64,000 nucleotides of DNA, from NCBI RefSeq assembly GCF_006345805.1, contig NC_042997.1, forward strand, positions 22,878,001-22,942,000. The letters are read 5' to 3'. Below, in pieces: positions 37,641-49,661 of the stretch; within the stretch, counting starts at the first letter, position 1; each line of letters begins with the position of its first letter. Under the pieces are notes generated by a model. That model was not told where the DNA came from. It did no database searches and saw only the letters and a program-made list of their open reading frames with translations. A program made the translations under genes and the position numbers. This stretch comes from Octopus sinensis (Eukaryota).

Positions 37641-37949
37641 TTATATATATAATTATATCCTTTATAAATTACTTTTATTCAAATTTTAAAAGTTCTGCTT
37701 TTTCTTTTTTAATTCGAGCCATGTATTAAGATTAATCTTTTTATAATGTTATAAAACAAATAATTAAAAACAGATGAAGTTATACAACAAATAAATTATT
37801 TATTAATCAATTTTTCTGGTGTTGAGTTGTCTTAGTGTTGCATTGTGCTAATGTTGAGTTGTCCTGGCATTGAGTCGGCAATGTTGAGTTGTCAGTGGTG
37901 AGTTGTCTCTATTTGTAAGCCACATGCCCACCCACAGACGTACTGTATC

Positions 37950-38240
37950 ATCTTTCTGCCTTCAGAACTGGTCAATCTCATGTCACATCTAAGTACTTCT
38001 GACTCATTTATAACACCCTAGCATTTGTAATGAAATTGAACTTCTAATTGTGTTGTCCATGGTTTCAGAAAGTGAGTTACAAGATCGTATTCTTGGTATA
38101 TACAGTGGCTGTCTTTGTTGAAGGACCTAGTTGTCATATTGCCATACAAGGATAACGTTGATATTTCCAGTCCAGTGAAGTATCTACATTGTAGATTGAT
38201 GATACTAGTGTGTAGAAGGTGTTTGTATATTACTTTATTT
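37950..38240 (-). pseudogene. Decayed RTE-like LINE C-terminal remnant
   Basis: LYGNMTTRS...SHCIYQEYDLVTHFLKPW resembles the RTE pattern ELYGNLP.IS...GHC.R..E.ISDLLLW.P; judged by eye only. Confidence 0.45.
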
Positions 38241-38242
38241 AA

Positions 38243-38755
38243 TCTATATATATAAAACTGTAGTTGTGTGAGTGTCTGTCCCCTTCGATTTAGATTCCTA
38301 ACTCCTCCCACATTTTGCAGTGCAGTTTAACCAAATTCGGATATCTTATAGTCATGATTCATATCGAGCTCGTCTGAGTGTTAGCGCGCGTCTACGATGA
38401 GTCTACGATTTTAAAAATAATTTAACATCATTTTTTATTCCATTTTAATGCATAATTTTTCGTGTGTCGATGGCGGCGGAGTTGGCGTCCATGGTCACAC
38501 CTGCACCTGTTTGCTTCTCCCCCTTCTTCCCTCCCTCGTGAAGCTGTAGGGAAGGGAGTGTAAGGAAATCAACGTCGTAAAGCGTTGTCAAGGAGACCAG
38601 CGTTCTTTTAGAACAATGACTTCATGGCTTGAAGACACCAAAACAGAAATGGCTAAGAAAGCCCGAATTGGCATCTATAAGGGAAGTAACTCTCTAAAAA
38701 TGCTTATATAGTTATTTCCCTTACAAACCCGAGCAACGCCGGGCGATACTGCTAG
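38243..38755 (+). mobile_element. Non-autonomous Helitron (513 bp)
   Basis: 5' TCTATATATATAAAA after an A; 3' hairpin CCCGAGCAACGCCGGG (38728-38743), then CTAG followed by T; no TSD; CpG-rich. Confidence 0.9.
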
Positions 38756-39105
38756 TTATTTATACAAATATAATGCCATTCTCCAATCACATGTTTGTAT
38801 GTGGGGGTGGAGAATGTAAACCTGCATTTGAGAACAATAACCACATTTGGAACACAAAGAAGAAGCCTTGTTCGATTATATTCAAAGGGATCAAGGTATA
38901 GGATATGTTTCTACATTGACTTGTGAATGTTTGCTTTTGATGAAAGCTGAATTATCTTCTAAAAATAATTTTTTTTTATCAGATAGTCTTATTTGCATGA
39001 CTACCTTTAGCATTCCACATATATATTGTTTTCACAGAGGCAGTTTGGTACTAGTTGGAAATAAGCTACCAGAAAATCATCAATGAAATCGGCAATAGAT
39101 TAGGT

Positions 39106-39324
39106 CAGTGCTTTTCAAACTTTTTGCTGGAGCGGAACCCCAAGGAAACATTCCAATGGCTCAAGGAACCCCTGTGCAATAATTTAATATTATTATGCAC
39201 ACATATCTGCACAGGAGAATTAAAAATTACTGCCGATTTTAGCAGTTTTGTAACTTCTTGCGGAACCCCTGGACTGTACTGGTGGAACCCTAAGGTTCCG
39301 CGGAACCCTGGTTGAAAACCACTG
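39106..39324. mobile_element. hAT (Buster/Charlie-type) MITE, 219 bp
   Basis: TIR CAGTGCTTTTCAAAC / GGTTGAAAACCACTG (13/15 match); 8-bp TSD GATTAGGT (nnnTAnnn) at 39098-39105 and 39325-39332; repeated GGAACCC subterminal motifs. Confidence 0.93.
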
Positions 39325-40975
39325 GATTAGGTTAATTTGTCCCTTACATAATTTCTTGAAGAATTTGTTTAGAACCAGCAACAGAATTAACTGTCATTCA
39401 GCTAGCTTGCCAGTTCAGATGATGGATATTAAAGCTTCCTACAACATTACGAATCACACACTAAATTCATTCATCTATGGGAGTATCAGATATTTGATCA
39501 GCTTAATCCCTATGACAACATTCAAAGTAACTTAAAACTCTGTGACATTCAGCTACCAAGAGAAATTACTGGTCCTAAGAAAGCCTCTGAAAATATTTCA
39601 CTGAATAACAATAAATAGTAAGTTTGCCTGTATTGAACCTTAGACCATAATACTTGCGTATTTCCAAAATTTGTTGCTGTATAACCCCAGATTATCCTTG
39701 ATTGAGCTGTGCTAAGATCAAAAATGTTCCAGCCGTGAAACAAGATAATATAGTTTTAGATATACTATGTATCCATTTTTTTTTAAAGGTGATTGGCTGT
39801 AAATTAAGGGAGGTTTGGCTGCTATTTTCAGGAGGTTGATTGATCACTTAGAGGCTCCCTCATAACATACCTAGTTATTAGTTGTGTGTTATTTTGAGTA
39901 TTTCATTTTGGAATTTAATAATGACAACAATTGTTGAATGGAATCTTTGCTATGTGGTAAGTGTTGAGCAGGGGTTTTGCTGTTCTGATTGTTGAGCATA
40001 ATTGTAGCAGTGTAATGATCGTTGAATAGAATTATACTCTATGCTTGTTGAAAGTTATGCATTCCAAGAGACTTACATAGTTGTTAACAGAATGATAGTT
40101 TTGAAAACTTGGATTTAAATTCACTGTCAGAAAGCCACGCTGTCAATAAACTATATTTTTTGGTTATTACATGTAACTGAAACATCTATTTACCCACTGT
40201 TTCTCCTCAAAGATTAATGCCAGTAATATGTTCACCAAGTATGTCAGTGATAAAATAACAAGCCATAAACACATGCTTTGTTAGAAAGATTTATTGTATC
40301 AGATTTTTCTTTCCTCCTTCCTTTTTTATTGTAAAAATGCTTTGTCTGCTATCAGTACATTAAACTATTATGTTTCTAGCATTTTTGACACCATGATTTC
40401 ACTTGAAGATTGTAGGTTTTCATAAGTTTATTTTTCATTATTTGTTGTTTTTGTATGTTTATTTTATTTTTTTTTAATTGTGTAAGTTTTCTCATTTTTT
40501 TTCTTCTTTTTTAATATTTGTTGATTTTTGCTTAGTTTTCTAAAAATGCATTCCTGATTCATAGAGCTTTTTGTGAATATGTCTTCTCTCACATCTAGGA
40601 GGAGAGAGATAATACTTGTTGCCTTTTGTACATCCATAATCTCTAATATGGAACATTATTTAGGGTGGAGGTGTTGACAGTTTGAACTAGTTATACTATG
40701 TAGATAGGAGCCTTTCAGAATTTTATGACAGACTGGAATGTGCAAAAAAGGGGTAATGCTGTTTGTTGTTGTTACCACTCAGTAGCATAAATTTACAAAT
40801 GCTTTTTCAAGATATAGGCAAGTTTTTTTTTTTTTTGGTTTGTTTGTTTTTTACTTTTTGTTTTTTTATAGTGGTTTGAACTTTTGGCTGAGTAGTGTTT
40901 GAGCTTGATTTATTCAGGCACCTCAGACTACCACTACCAGCAGCAGCAGCAGCACCACCACCACATCATTATTAT

Positions 40976-41185
40976 TAAGGTGGTAAGCTGGCAGAATCAT
41001 TATCATGCTGGAGAAAAAGCATAGCAACATTTCTTTAGTCTTCATGTTCTGAGTTCTAATTCCATTGAGGTTAACTTTGCCTTTCATCCTTTCCAAACTG
41101 ATGAAACAGGTACCAATCAAGAACTGAGGTTGATGTAACTGACTAGCTCCTATCCTAAAAGCCTTGTACCTATTGTAGAAAGGAT
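40976..41185 (+). mobile_element. SINE family B (tail type 2, degraded)
   Basis: aaggtggtaagctggcagaatcatt...gagttctaattccattgaggttaactttgcctttcatcc...gccttgtacctattgtagaaagg. Confidence 0.8.
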
Positions 41186-42954
41186 TATTATTATTATTTT
41201 TATTATGAACAGAAGTTTATGGTGGAAACTATAACTACTAATCTTGCACTATTTTAAATATATAATTAAATAAGTTATTCATATGTTGATGTTCTCGGAC
41301 AGTTTTGATCATTAAAGCTTCCTCTTCAAGGAGTATCATTTTTATAAGAGTGTGGAGAAGCATAGAAAATGGGTTACATGCCTGCTTTATGATTGATTAC
41401 CCAGATTAAGTATATATCTCTGAATCTATTACTCCTCTGTGCTTCATCTTTTTGTCATAAACACATGCTTTGTTAAAGAAATGGTATTGTACCATAAATT
41501 TTTCTTTCATAAGGAAGCTTTTTCTGTTGTTTGTACAATGAACTATGGTATTTATGGTATTTTTTGATTTTTTGATTCCACCATTTCATTTGGTTTGTTT
41601 CTTTCTTATGTTTGCTTCCCACTATCTGTTGATTTTCTCATTTTTTAATCATTGATTTTGTCCCAGCATGGCTGCAGTCTAATTACTGAAACAGGTAAAA
41701 GATATGTATAGTGCACCAGCAATTATTCTGAAGGCAAAATGTTTTATTGTGTTTCACTATGAATCTGTTTCCATAACCACATAAAACTGACATTATTGTC
41801 ATGAGAGGAAGAAGAACAAATTGTGTTCTGTAATGAGTTAAGAAGTAGCTGAAACAAATATTTCTTTCCATTTTGTTTCTCTACTGATAGTTACATTTTC
41901 CAAGAGAAAATATCCCTGCCTTTCAAGCATATTGCTTTGTAATCAAACAGGTCATGCAATCACACCTATTTCATAATGTATATCTGAAGCCAATTAAGCT
42001 TTAACTTAGATATGGTATGATTTAGGACTTAACAGAGAATACATGTTTAATCAGTGTGAATATAGGCATAAAATTTATATGAAAGATAATTCTGAATGCA
42101 TGTATGCATTTAGTATTGAACCCTCACCACCAACCTTATTGCTGCCTAGATTCATTAGCCCCTATTACAAAAATGCTGAAAGAAATTTAATTGCCATTAT
42201 AACACTATATTTCATCAGTATTTCAGACTAAGGTTTTCTTTACTAGTTTATTTTTGTTGGTTTTTGGTCAACAAATGGTTTAAAACTGTTTTGTGAAAAG
42301 CTGACTGTGTGAAACATGTGTAAGAAATAGAGAATGGGATATTCAATATGCACACAGACTGTGTGCTTTCCGGTTCCAGTTCTTCGCTGTTACAAGAGAA
42401 TGAGACATTGGCAGGATAACTTTTAGACATTTCAAGAATTTGGTCGATCTATATCCTGTCAGGCCACTAGATAGTCCAGTCATTGTGTGTCCCAATGACA
42501 CTGAAAACTATGCCAGTGAAGCACAAGCTTCTAGTAGGGCCTCCCATGCTGAATAAGTGAAAGGGATAGTGGCCAGACTAATATGGATCACCTCTTCCCA
42601 AAGGTAAAAATGGGTTTTGCATAGGGCCAACACCCCTACTTGGAAAAAGCAATGTTACAGAAACATCAATAACAATTCAAAACCAACAAGACCTGGGAGA
42701 GGAAGGCCTTCCCTTAGGAAAACATATAACATAATGCAGCATCCTAAGAAAACCAACAACATACATTACATAATTTTTATCCTTGCATTTAGATATATGA
42801 TTTAATGGAGCAGAGGTAAGTAATGTCTTCACATGACATAGTACTGCCACACGCAACTCCAAAACACCCTTGGTTATCTCAAACAATAATGTTACTCTTT
42901 ATAAGAGTTCAATGAGTCACACAGAGATGTTAATGTCTATCATCATAACAATAT

Positions 42955-43160
42955 ATCAAGCCTTAACCTGGAACCCTCAAGTAAAGTAGAAGAGAGGATG
43001 CCCTACAAAATAAAATAGCTGGAGATGGAATTCTGAGGCAGATCTGAAAAAGCTGGGATCCAAATGAAAGGAGCAGAAAAGACCACCCAGAGTCAAGAAG
43101 AGCAGAGATAATTCATCGATTTCCTATATTCCATAGGGAGGGAAGGCTTAATTAAGTAGT
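42955..43160 (+). pseudogene. RTE LINE 3' end remnant
   Basis: QALTWNPQVK*KRGCP..NSWR...EADLKKLG matches the RTE C-terminal pattern QALTWNP.GKRKRGRPKNTWRR. Confidence 0.65.
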
Positions 43161-45203
43161 TGTACTTTGTTGGAGCTTAGACTGACTCTAATGTGAAGGC
43201 ACCTTTACTGTTATTCTAATCCAGGATTACTGACTTACCAACCAGATACACAAAGATTGTCCACAGGGCAAGATTTAAGGATTTCTCCCTTCCCACTGCA
43301 GCAACTCAACAGAATACTACATAATTATTCAAACTGGGCACAAGTGCATACACTCCAAATACTGATGACTACCACATCTGTGTCTAGTGACCTGAGGTCA
43401 TTGAGTAAGTGACTTAGCTTCCTAGCTGACCTCAAGCTATGTATATTTATACACCCTGCTCTGATTACAACCGTGTCTTTCATTTACCATGGTCCTAAAG
43501 AATACTAGTTGATCCAGTCTCCTCATTATTTAAGGAAAAAGTTTGGAAAGGGCTTTCCAAAGCAAAGAATTTTTATTGAGCTTCTTGCATAAGCACTTAA
43601 GTACCTTGCTGCTGCTATTGATCTTGTAACTAATTTTGTCAGTTTTTGCAGTTATGGTTCTGGTCTGTTTGTGATTTTTCTTTGAGTTGTTGCTGTTGTT
43701 AAGATTTGGGTTGAGCAGTGAGTATGTTGTAACTTTGAAAAACATCTTCCAACCCTTTGAATATCCTTTGGGATAGCTGGTTTCTTATTATTCTGTTACA
43801 AACCTTTTTAGCTGAATTTCTTGTCTTGGCTTTGTCACTTGATGAGATCCCGGAAGATCAGTTGTAGCTGAGATAAGAGGTGACTCTATGATAATGTTAA
43901 CATTTATGTTTGTTTGTTTTTTCTCTGTAGTAAGTAGTGAAAGCATTCTTGGGAGGTTTCCCCTTGGAATGTGTTTGGTATTGTAGGCTAAAGTTATTTT
44001 GGGGATATTTGTTGTTGTTTTTGTTGAGAATTAGTGCATTATATCCAACCTGTTAGATCTTGTTGAACTGTCTGATTCTTGCCATCATGGAAAACAAATG
44101 TAAAATGCTGCTGATGATGGTGGTGTGGAGGAGACAAAGGAGAGAAAGGAGGATACATGTAAATATGATTACACATTCTCTTATTAATTCTTCTATATAT
44201 ACAATTACATATGTATACCTGGCATGAGACCTCATGTTCCATTCTTGTTTCACCACTTGGATTGGAAGTTTTCTATCAAATTGATCCATTAAGATATTTG
44301 CTGATGTGGTACTCCTTGACTCAGATTCTGTTTACTATAATGTGCTTCACAGTTTGGTATTGTCCTCTCATGCTTTTCTTTCTCTGCACCAGCAACCAAC
44401 TCACTAGTAATATTATCCAAATCAACTTCTAGTCAGTTCTTACAACTCTTTGCTTCTTGATAAAATTCTGCACACAGGTGTATGTATATCCAAGCTAAAC
44501 AAACATGCCAGAAAAATATGCTACTTCTATGAACAAAAGTTTGAAGATGTCCTATATATGACAATCTAATCTCTGGCAACGTTATCAAAACATAGCTACA
44601 GCATATATAAGGTTAAGTTAGATTCACTCTGCATGTAACCAAATGCAACTTGTGTCAAAGCCAGCTTGTTAACAACTAGACTGCTCACCCACCAACCCTG
44701 TTTAATGAGTGAGATGGGTGTGTGGATACCCAATAGGGTTAAAAATCAATAGAATCTATTATAAGTGGAAGAGCCTCTCACAATGAAGCCAATAGACAAC
44801 CAGGATCCTTGTGGTTTTCATCACTGCTTACAGTTATCTTTAAAAAATATTCTAATGTATCATACATATACTCTTTACTCTTTTACTTGTTTCAGTCATT
44901 TGACTGCGACCATGCTGGAGCACCGCATTTAGTCAAGCAAATCGACCCCGGGACTTATTCTTTGTAAGCCCAGTACTTATTCTATTGGTCTCTTTTGCTG
45001 AACCACTGAGTGACGGGGACGTAAACACACCAGCATCGGTTGTCAAGCAATGCTAGGGGGACAAACACAGACACACAAACATATACATATATATATATAT
45101 ATATAACGGGAAGCTTTATGAAAATAAACAAAAGACGAAGGCAGGTGGAAAACAAACAAACAATTGTATTAGTATGGCGCTCAGGAAATATAAATAAAAC
45201 AAG

Positions 45204-45240
45204 TCTTTAACGTTCGAGCCTACGCTCTTCAACAGAAAGA
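45204..45240 (-). ncRNA. Minimal type I hammerhead ribozyme-like motif (variant) in the Penelope 3' end
   Basis: Minus strand UCUUU-CUGUUGA-A-GAGC-GUAG-GCUC-GAA-CGUU-AAAGA: stem I, perfect stem II and a palindromic stem-III loop. The core deviates (CUGUUGA; GAA instead of GAAA). Confidence 0.6.
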
Positions 45241-45419
45241 TACACAGAGAGAGAAAAAAACACAGAAAAGGAGAGAAAAAAATGCGTGCAGTAGCTAACG
45301 AATCAACATGGCGATCTGATTTCGGCCAGAGGTCAAAGATCAAACATGAGACGCGAGAGCGAAATAAGGGAGATAATAGGGTTGATAAAAGGGTTGAGGG
45401 ACCAGCTAAAAGTGCGTGG

Positions 45420-46090
45420 GAGGGGTCTGGATGTGTGTATGTATAGGGTTGGTGTATGTATTAGTATGTATAAGGGTGTGTGTGTGTGTGTGTGTGGTGT
45501 ATGAGAGAGTATTAGTGCGTAAGATTGGTCTGGACGTGCGTATGTATGGGGTTGGTGTATGTATTAGTATGTATTAGTATGTATTAGTACGTATTGTATG
45601 TATAGGTGTGTGTGTGTGTTGTGAGAGAGTATATGTGAGTGTGCGTATGCGGGGTCTGGACGTGTGTATGTATAGGGTTGGTGTAAGTATTAGTATGTAC
45701 TAGTATGTATTAGTACGTATTAGTATGTATTAGTTGGTGTTTGTATTAGTATGGCACATCATATGTGATGTGATGTGTAAAGTCATGTGGTGTAGTGAGG
45801 AGAAGGGGAGGGGGAGAAGAGGGGGGGAGAAGGGGAGGGGAAGAAGAGGGGGAGGAGAAGGGGAGAGGAGAGGATGGGGGAGAAGGAAGGGGATGAGGGG
45901 ATGAAGGAGGAAAGAGGGAGAGGGGGAGAGAGAAGGGGAGAGAGGGAGTGAGGGAGCAGAGGGAAGGGGAAGAGGGAGGGAGAAAGAGGGAAGAAGGGAA
46001 GGGGAGTAGGGGTGAAAGGATGAAGGACTGAAGAAGTAGGGGTCGGGGGAGAAAGGATAGTGAGGAGGGGGGTGAGGTTAGATGAGGAGG
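45420..46090. repeat. Three ~110-125-bp tandem units plus a ~300-bp polypurine tract (Penelope 3' UTR)
   Basis: ggtctgga(t/c)gtg.gtatgtat.gggttggtgta.gtattagtatg at ~45421, 45527 and 45651; G/A-rich run at 45795-46090. Confidence 0.85.
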
Positions 46091-48109
46091 GGGGGAGAGT
46101 TGAGACCAAATGGCGTATAAGAGCGAAGAGAGAAGATTAATTCCTGTTCACGGCGCAAACGGGAATCCGGATGGCCTCTGTGTAAGGACAAACCGAACAC
46201 AGATAGGTGTTGCAAGGAGTGACCGGTGGAGCGGAAATGGCGTGAGACTGGTGTGTCGTTCGCAAGGTTGATGTCACGAAGGTGTTCCGCGAACCGGTCA
46301 GCCAAGCGGCGTCCCGTTTGTCCGATGTACAAGGAATTGCAGAGAGAGCAAAGATGCAATAGATAATATTGCTGGAGGTGCAGGTGAAGGAGTGATGATG
46401 GGATAGGGTCGATGGTGGGTGCTAGTGAGGCGGGTGGTGTTGGAGAGGTAAGGGCAAGTGCGGCAACGTGGGCGGGAGCAGGGGAACGAGCCGGGTTGGG
46501 AGGTAGGGTCAGGGAAGGAGCTATGGACCAAAAGGTCTCGAAGGTTGTGGGCTCGATTGAAAGAGGGGAGGGGTCGGTTAGGGAAGAGGTGTGAAGTGGA
46601 CGGGTCGGACTGGAGATGACGGAAAGCTCGAAGAATGGTGCGTTGGAGACGTAGGGTCGTGGGGTGGTAAGTGAGGGGAAAAGGGAGGCGGGAGACTACA
46701 GGGCGGGTTCGGGGAGAGAGAGCAGATACACGGTCCACGGACCGTGCTCTGGCAAGGGCGGTGTGGATAGTGTGAGGGGGTATCCACGTAGGGTGAAGTG
46801 GTGAGCCATACGTTGAGACTGAGTCTCAAAGTCATGGTCGTCACTACAGAGCCTACGTAGACGGAGGAATGGGAATAGGGGATGGAAAGCTTGGTGTGTT
46901 CTGGGTGGGAGGAAGAGAAGTTGAGGTATGAGTGTGAGTCTGTGTGTTTGTAGTGAATGGAGGTGGTAAGAGTGGAGTGAAGAATGCTAACCGAAATGTC
47001 GAGGAAGGAGACAGAGGTGTTGGAGATAGTGGAAGTGAAGTGGAGGGCTGGATGGAAAGATTGGACGAAAGAGAGGAAGGAATCTAGATGTTCGCGGGAG
47101 AGTGAGGTGGCACCGATAATGTCGTCAATATAACGACCATATAGTTCAGGAGTGGGACCAGTGAAATTAGAGAATATTTGGGCCTCAACATAGCCAACGA
47201 TATATATATATATATATACATACACATATATATGACAGGCTTCTTTCAGTTTCCGTCTACCAAATCCACTCACAAGGCATTGGTCAGCCTGGGGCTATAG
47301 CAGAAGACACTTGCCCAAGATGCCACGCAGTGGGACTGAACCCGGAAACATGTGGTTGGTAAGCAAGCTACTTACCACACAGCCACTCCTGCGCCTGCAT
47401 ATGTAATTTTTTATGCTGAATCTGAATTTGTTATACATTTATTCTAGAAAAATTTTGCAAAAATATTACAGGTGTTCAAAGTTTGATCTTTTTCAGAATT
47501 TTCAGCCAATCAGAAAACAGCAGGTTTACTACCTCTTCTATCATCGGGGAAGCGGGGGGCATCGACATGTCAAAACATTAAACTAGGAGTTTATAAAATA
47601 AATTATCTTTCTTGTATCCCCTTCTCCTCCTTGTGTGCATGCACAGTATCTTTGGCTACAGTTCTTCGCAATCAGCTATGCAACACATGGTGCTTCTTTG
47701 CTTTGGTGATATGTAAAAATACTTGCTTCTGATTGGCTAAAATACCCAAATTTTTCAAATTTTAAAGGCTAATAACTTTTTAATTATAGATTTATAGGAA
47801 AAATGAATTTCATTCTCATAATTAGTATGCAAAACCTAATCCATATTGCAAATTTAAAGATAACTGGAACAAACTGTAAGCAGTAACAAAAACCACAAAG
47901 ATCCAACAATCGTACTTGGAAAGGAAACAGGTGCTGCAATGTCATCTATTAACTGAAAAACCCTGCCATGCATATAGGTCACCTTAGATTATGGATTTTA
48001 CATTTATAATAAGGAATACACAACACACTAATCCTCTCCACCAACATACAACCTTCGACTAAAACTTTCACAAACCTTATAAATGTTAGTGATCACAATC
48101 TGTCTCAAC

Positions 48110-48260
48110 TACCACTTGTCTCTAATATAAACAAAATTACATCAGCTAAGCTGTTCCTTCTTTTAAGAAACAGAAAGTGCTTCAGTTCTGAACAGCTGGA
48201 GGCCCAAGACAAACTTACATCTTTGAGATGGAACAGCTGCATTATACATAAATATTTAAA
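48110..48260 (+). pseudogene. CR1/Jockey-group LINE RT C-terminal remnant
   Basis: VSNINKITSAKLFLLLRNRKCFSSEQL resembles HI..I...AS.KL.LL.R.RK.F..EQL; judged by eye only. Confidence 0.45.
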
Positions 48261-48479
48261 ACTGCCTAAAAAAAATAAGGCCATCTGAGTGATTGGCAAA
48301 GTTGTTATACATACTAACAAACTCAAGCATCACTGATGCAGTATATATTTACTCTGCCTTTCTATTACAATTTTAATTTCTGCTCTCCTGAATAAACAGC
48401 TATGTTGACAGTGGCAGTTAGTGGGAGCTTGCAAAGGCTCCACCGCCTCCACCTTCTATAACTAAAATCTCAAATATAT

Positions 48480-48689
48480 ATGTGTGTGTGTGTGTGTGTG
48501 TATGCATGTGCATGTGAGTGAGTTAGTGAGTGTGTGTACATGTGTGTGTGTGTGTATGTGCATGTATTTGTGTGTGTGAGTGTTTGTGTAGTGTGTGTGT
48601 GTGTGTGCGCACACGTGTGAATGTGTATGAGACTCAAATTCATGCCAGCATGGAAAATGGATGATAGATGATGATAATGGTGGTGGTGG

Positions 48690-48750
<61 letters not shown>

Positions 48751-48766
48751 GGTGTGGTGGTGGTGA

Positions 48767-48798
<32 letters not shown>

Positions 48799-48962
48799 AT
48801 GATGATGATGATGATGATAAAGAAGAAGAACAAAAAGTACTTGATACAGAAATAAAGTATGGTTATCAACTGTAGTAGTGAGATTAGGCTTGGTCACTTC
48901 TCTGCTTTTCATGAATGCTTACACTGATCCTGTAGCTACACTTATACGCACATGCACAAATG

Positions 48963-49017
<55 letters not shown>

Positions 49018-49625
49018 ACACACACGCAGAGGCTAGAAGGAAATGAAGTGGGCATGCTCCTCTGAATGCGTAGTGTTAGTGAGCCTGAAACACAAATGAA
49101 CTGAAGCGTAAACTAGTAAGTGCATGAAAGAAAAGCTGTGTATGGAGACTGACATCTGGCTAAGGAAGTACCAGGCAATCCAGAGGAACTTTTGAATAAA
49201 AGTGACATGAAAAGAAGTGGTGATGGCTGATTTCAGGAAGATGTCTCTCATAAAAAAGACCCATTTGTTCCTTGCAAGCATGGGGGAAGAACTACAAATG
49301 ATGATGGTGGTCGTGGTGATTGCAATGACAATGAAAATAGTGATGATATTGATGATGATGACAACGACGACAACCATGATTGTAGTAGTAGTGGTGGTGG
49401 TGGGGGCGGCGGCGGCGGCGGCGGCGGTGGAGGGTGGTGGTGGCAGTGGTGGTGGTTGCAATGAAAATGTTGACAATGATGATGATGGTGGTGGTGGTGG
49501 TGGTGGTGGTGGTGGTGGTGGTGGTGGTGGTGGTGGTGGTGGTGGTGGTTTTGATGGTGGTGGTGGTGGTGGTGGTGGTGGTGGTGGTGATGATGATAAT
49601 GATGATGATGATGATGATGATGATA

Positions 49626-49661
<36 letters not shown>

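Larger units (their letters stand above)
35349..37915. mobile_element. Non-autonomous Mutator-like (MULE) DNA element, 2.57 kb
   Basis: Imperfect TIRs built from GACAACTCAA-type units (35349-~35460 and ~37745-37915, inverted; the right arm has extra units). Flanked by a 9-bp direct repeat TAAGCCATA (35340-35348) / TAAGCCACA (37916-37924). The outermost 8 nt of the two TIRs do not match. Confidence 0.65.
45106..47199 (-). mobile_element. 5'-truncated Penelope-like element (RT C-half, Cys linker, GIY-YIG endonuclease, long 3' UTR)
   Basis: YGRYIDDII, FLDI, IHYKHTDSHSYLNFSSSHP..IPYS(Q)FLRLRRLCSDD, PCSRPRCRTCPY, NIIYCI..CSLCNSLYIGQTGRRLADRFAEH across about 3-4 frameshifts; CpG-rich. Confidence 0.93.
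44868..47396 (-). mobile_element. SINE family A split at its central (TA)n by a Penelope insertion
   Basis: 3' half at 44868-45105 and 5' half at 47200-47396 are contiguous in the family consensus. Confidence 0.9.

Noticed and set aside
38069-38095. Plus-strand exon KSELQDRIL continuing the 36528 exon
   Set aside because: Weak donor (gtatat), and the opposite strand reads as an RTE remnant.
39433-39618. 62-codon open frame (SFLQHYESHTKFIHLWEYQIFDQLNPYDNIQ...) as an exon
   Set aside because: No credible acceptor; the frame ends in TAG overlapping the donor-like GT; it resembles a decayed RTE C-terminus.
43500-43900. Decayed Penelope-like coding remnants (also ~12800-13300 and ~39900-40150, minus strand)
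   Set aside because: Similarity is too fragmentary to support by eye; needs a translated HMM search.
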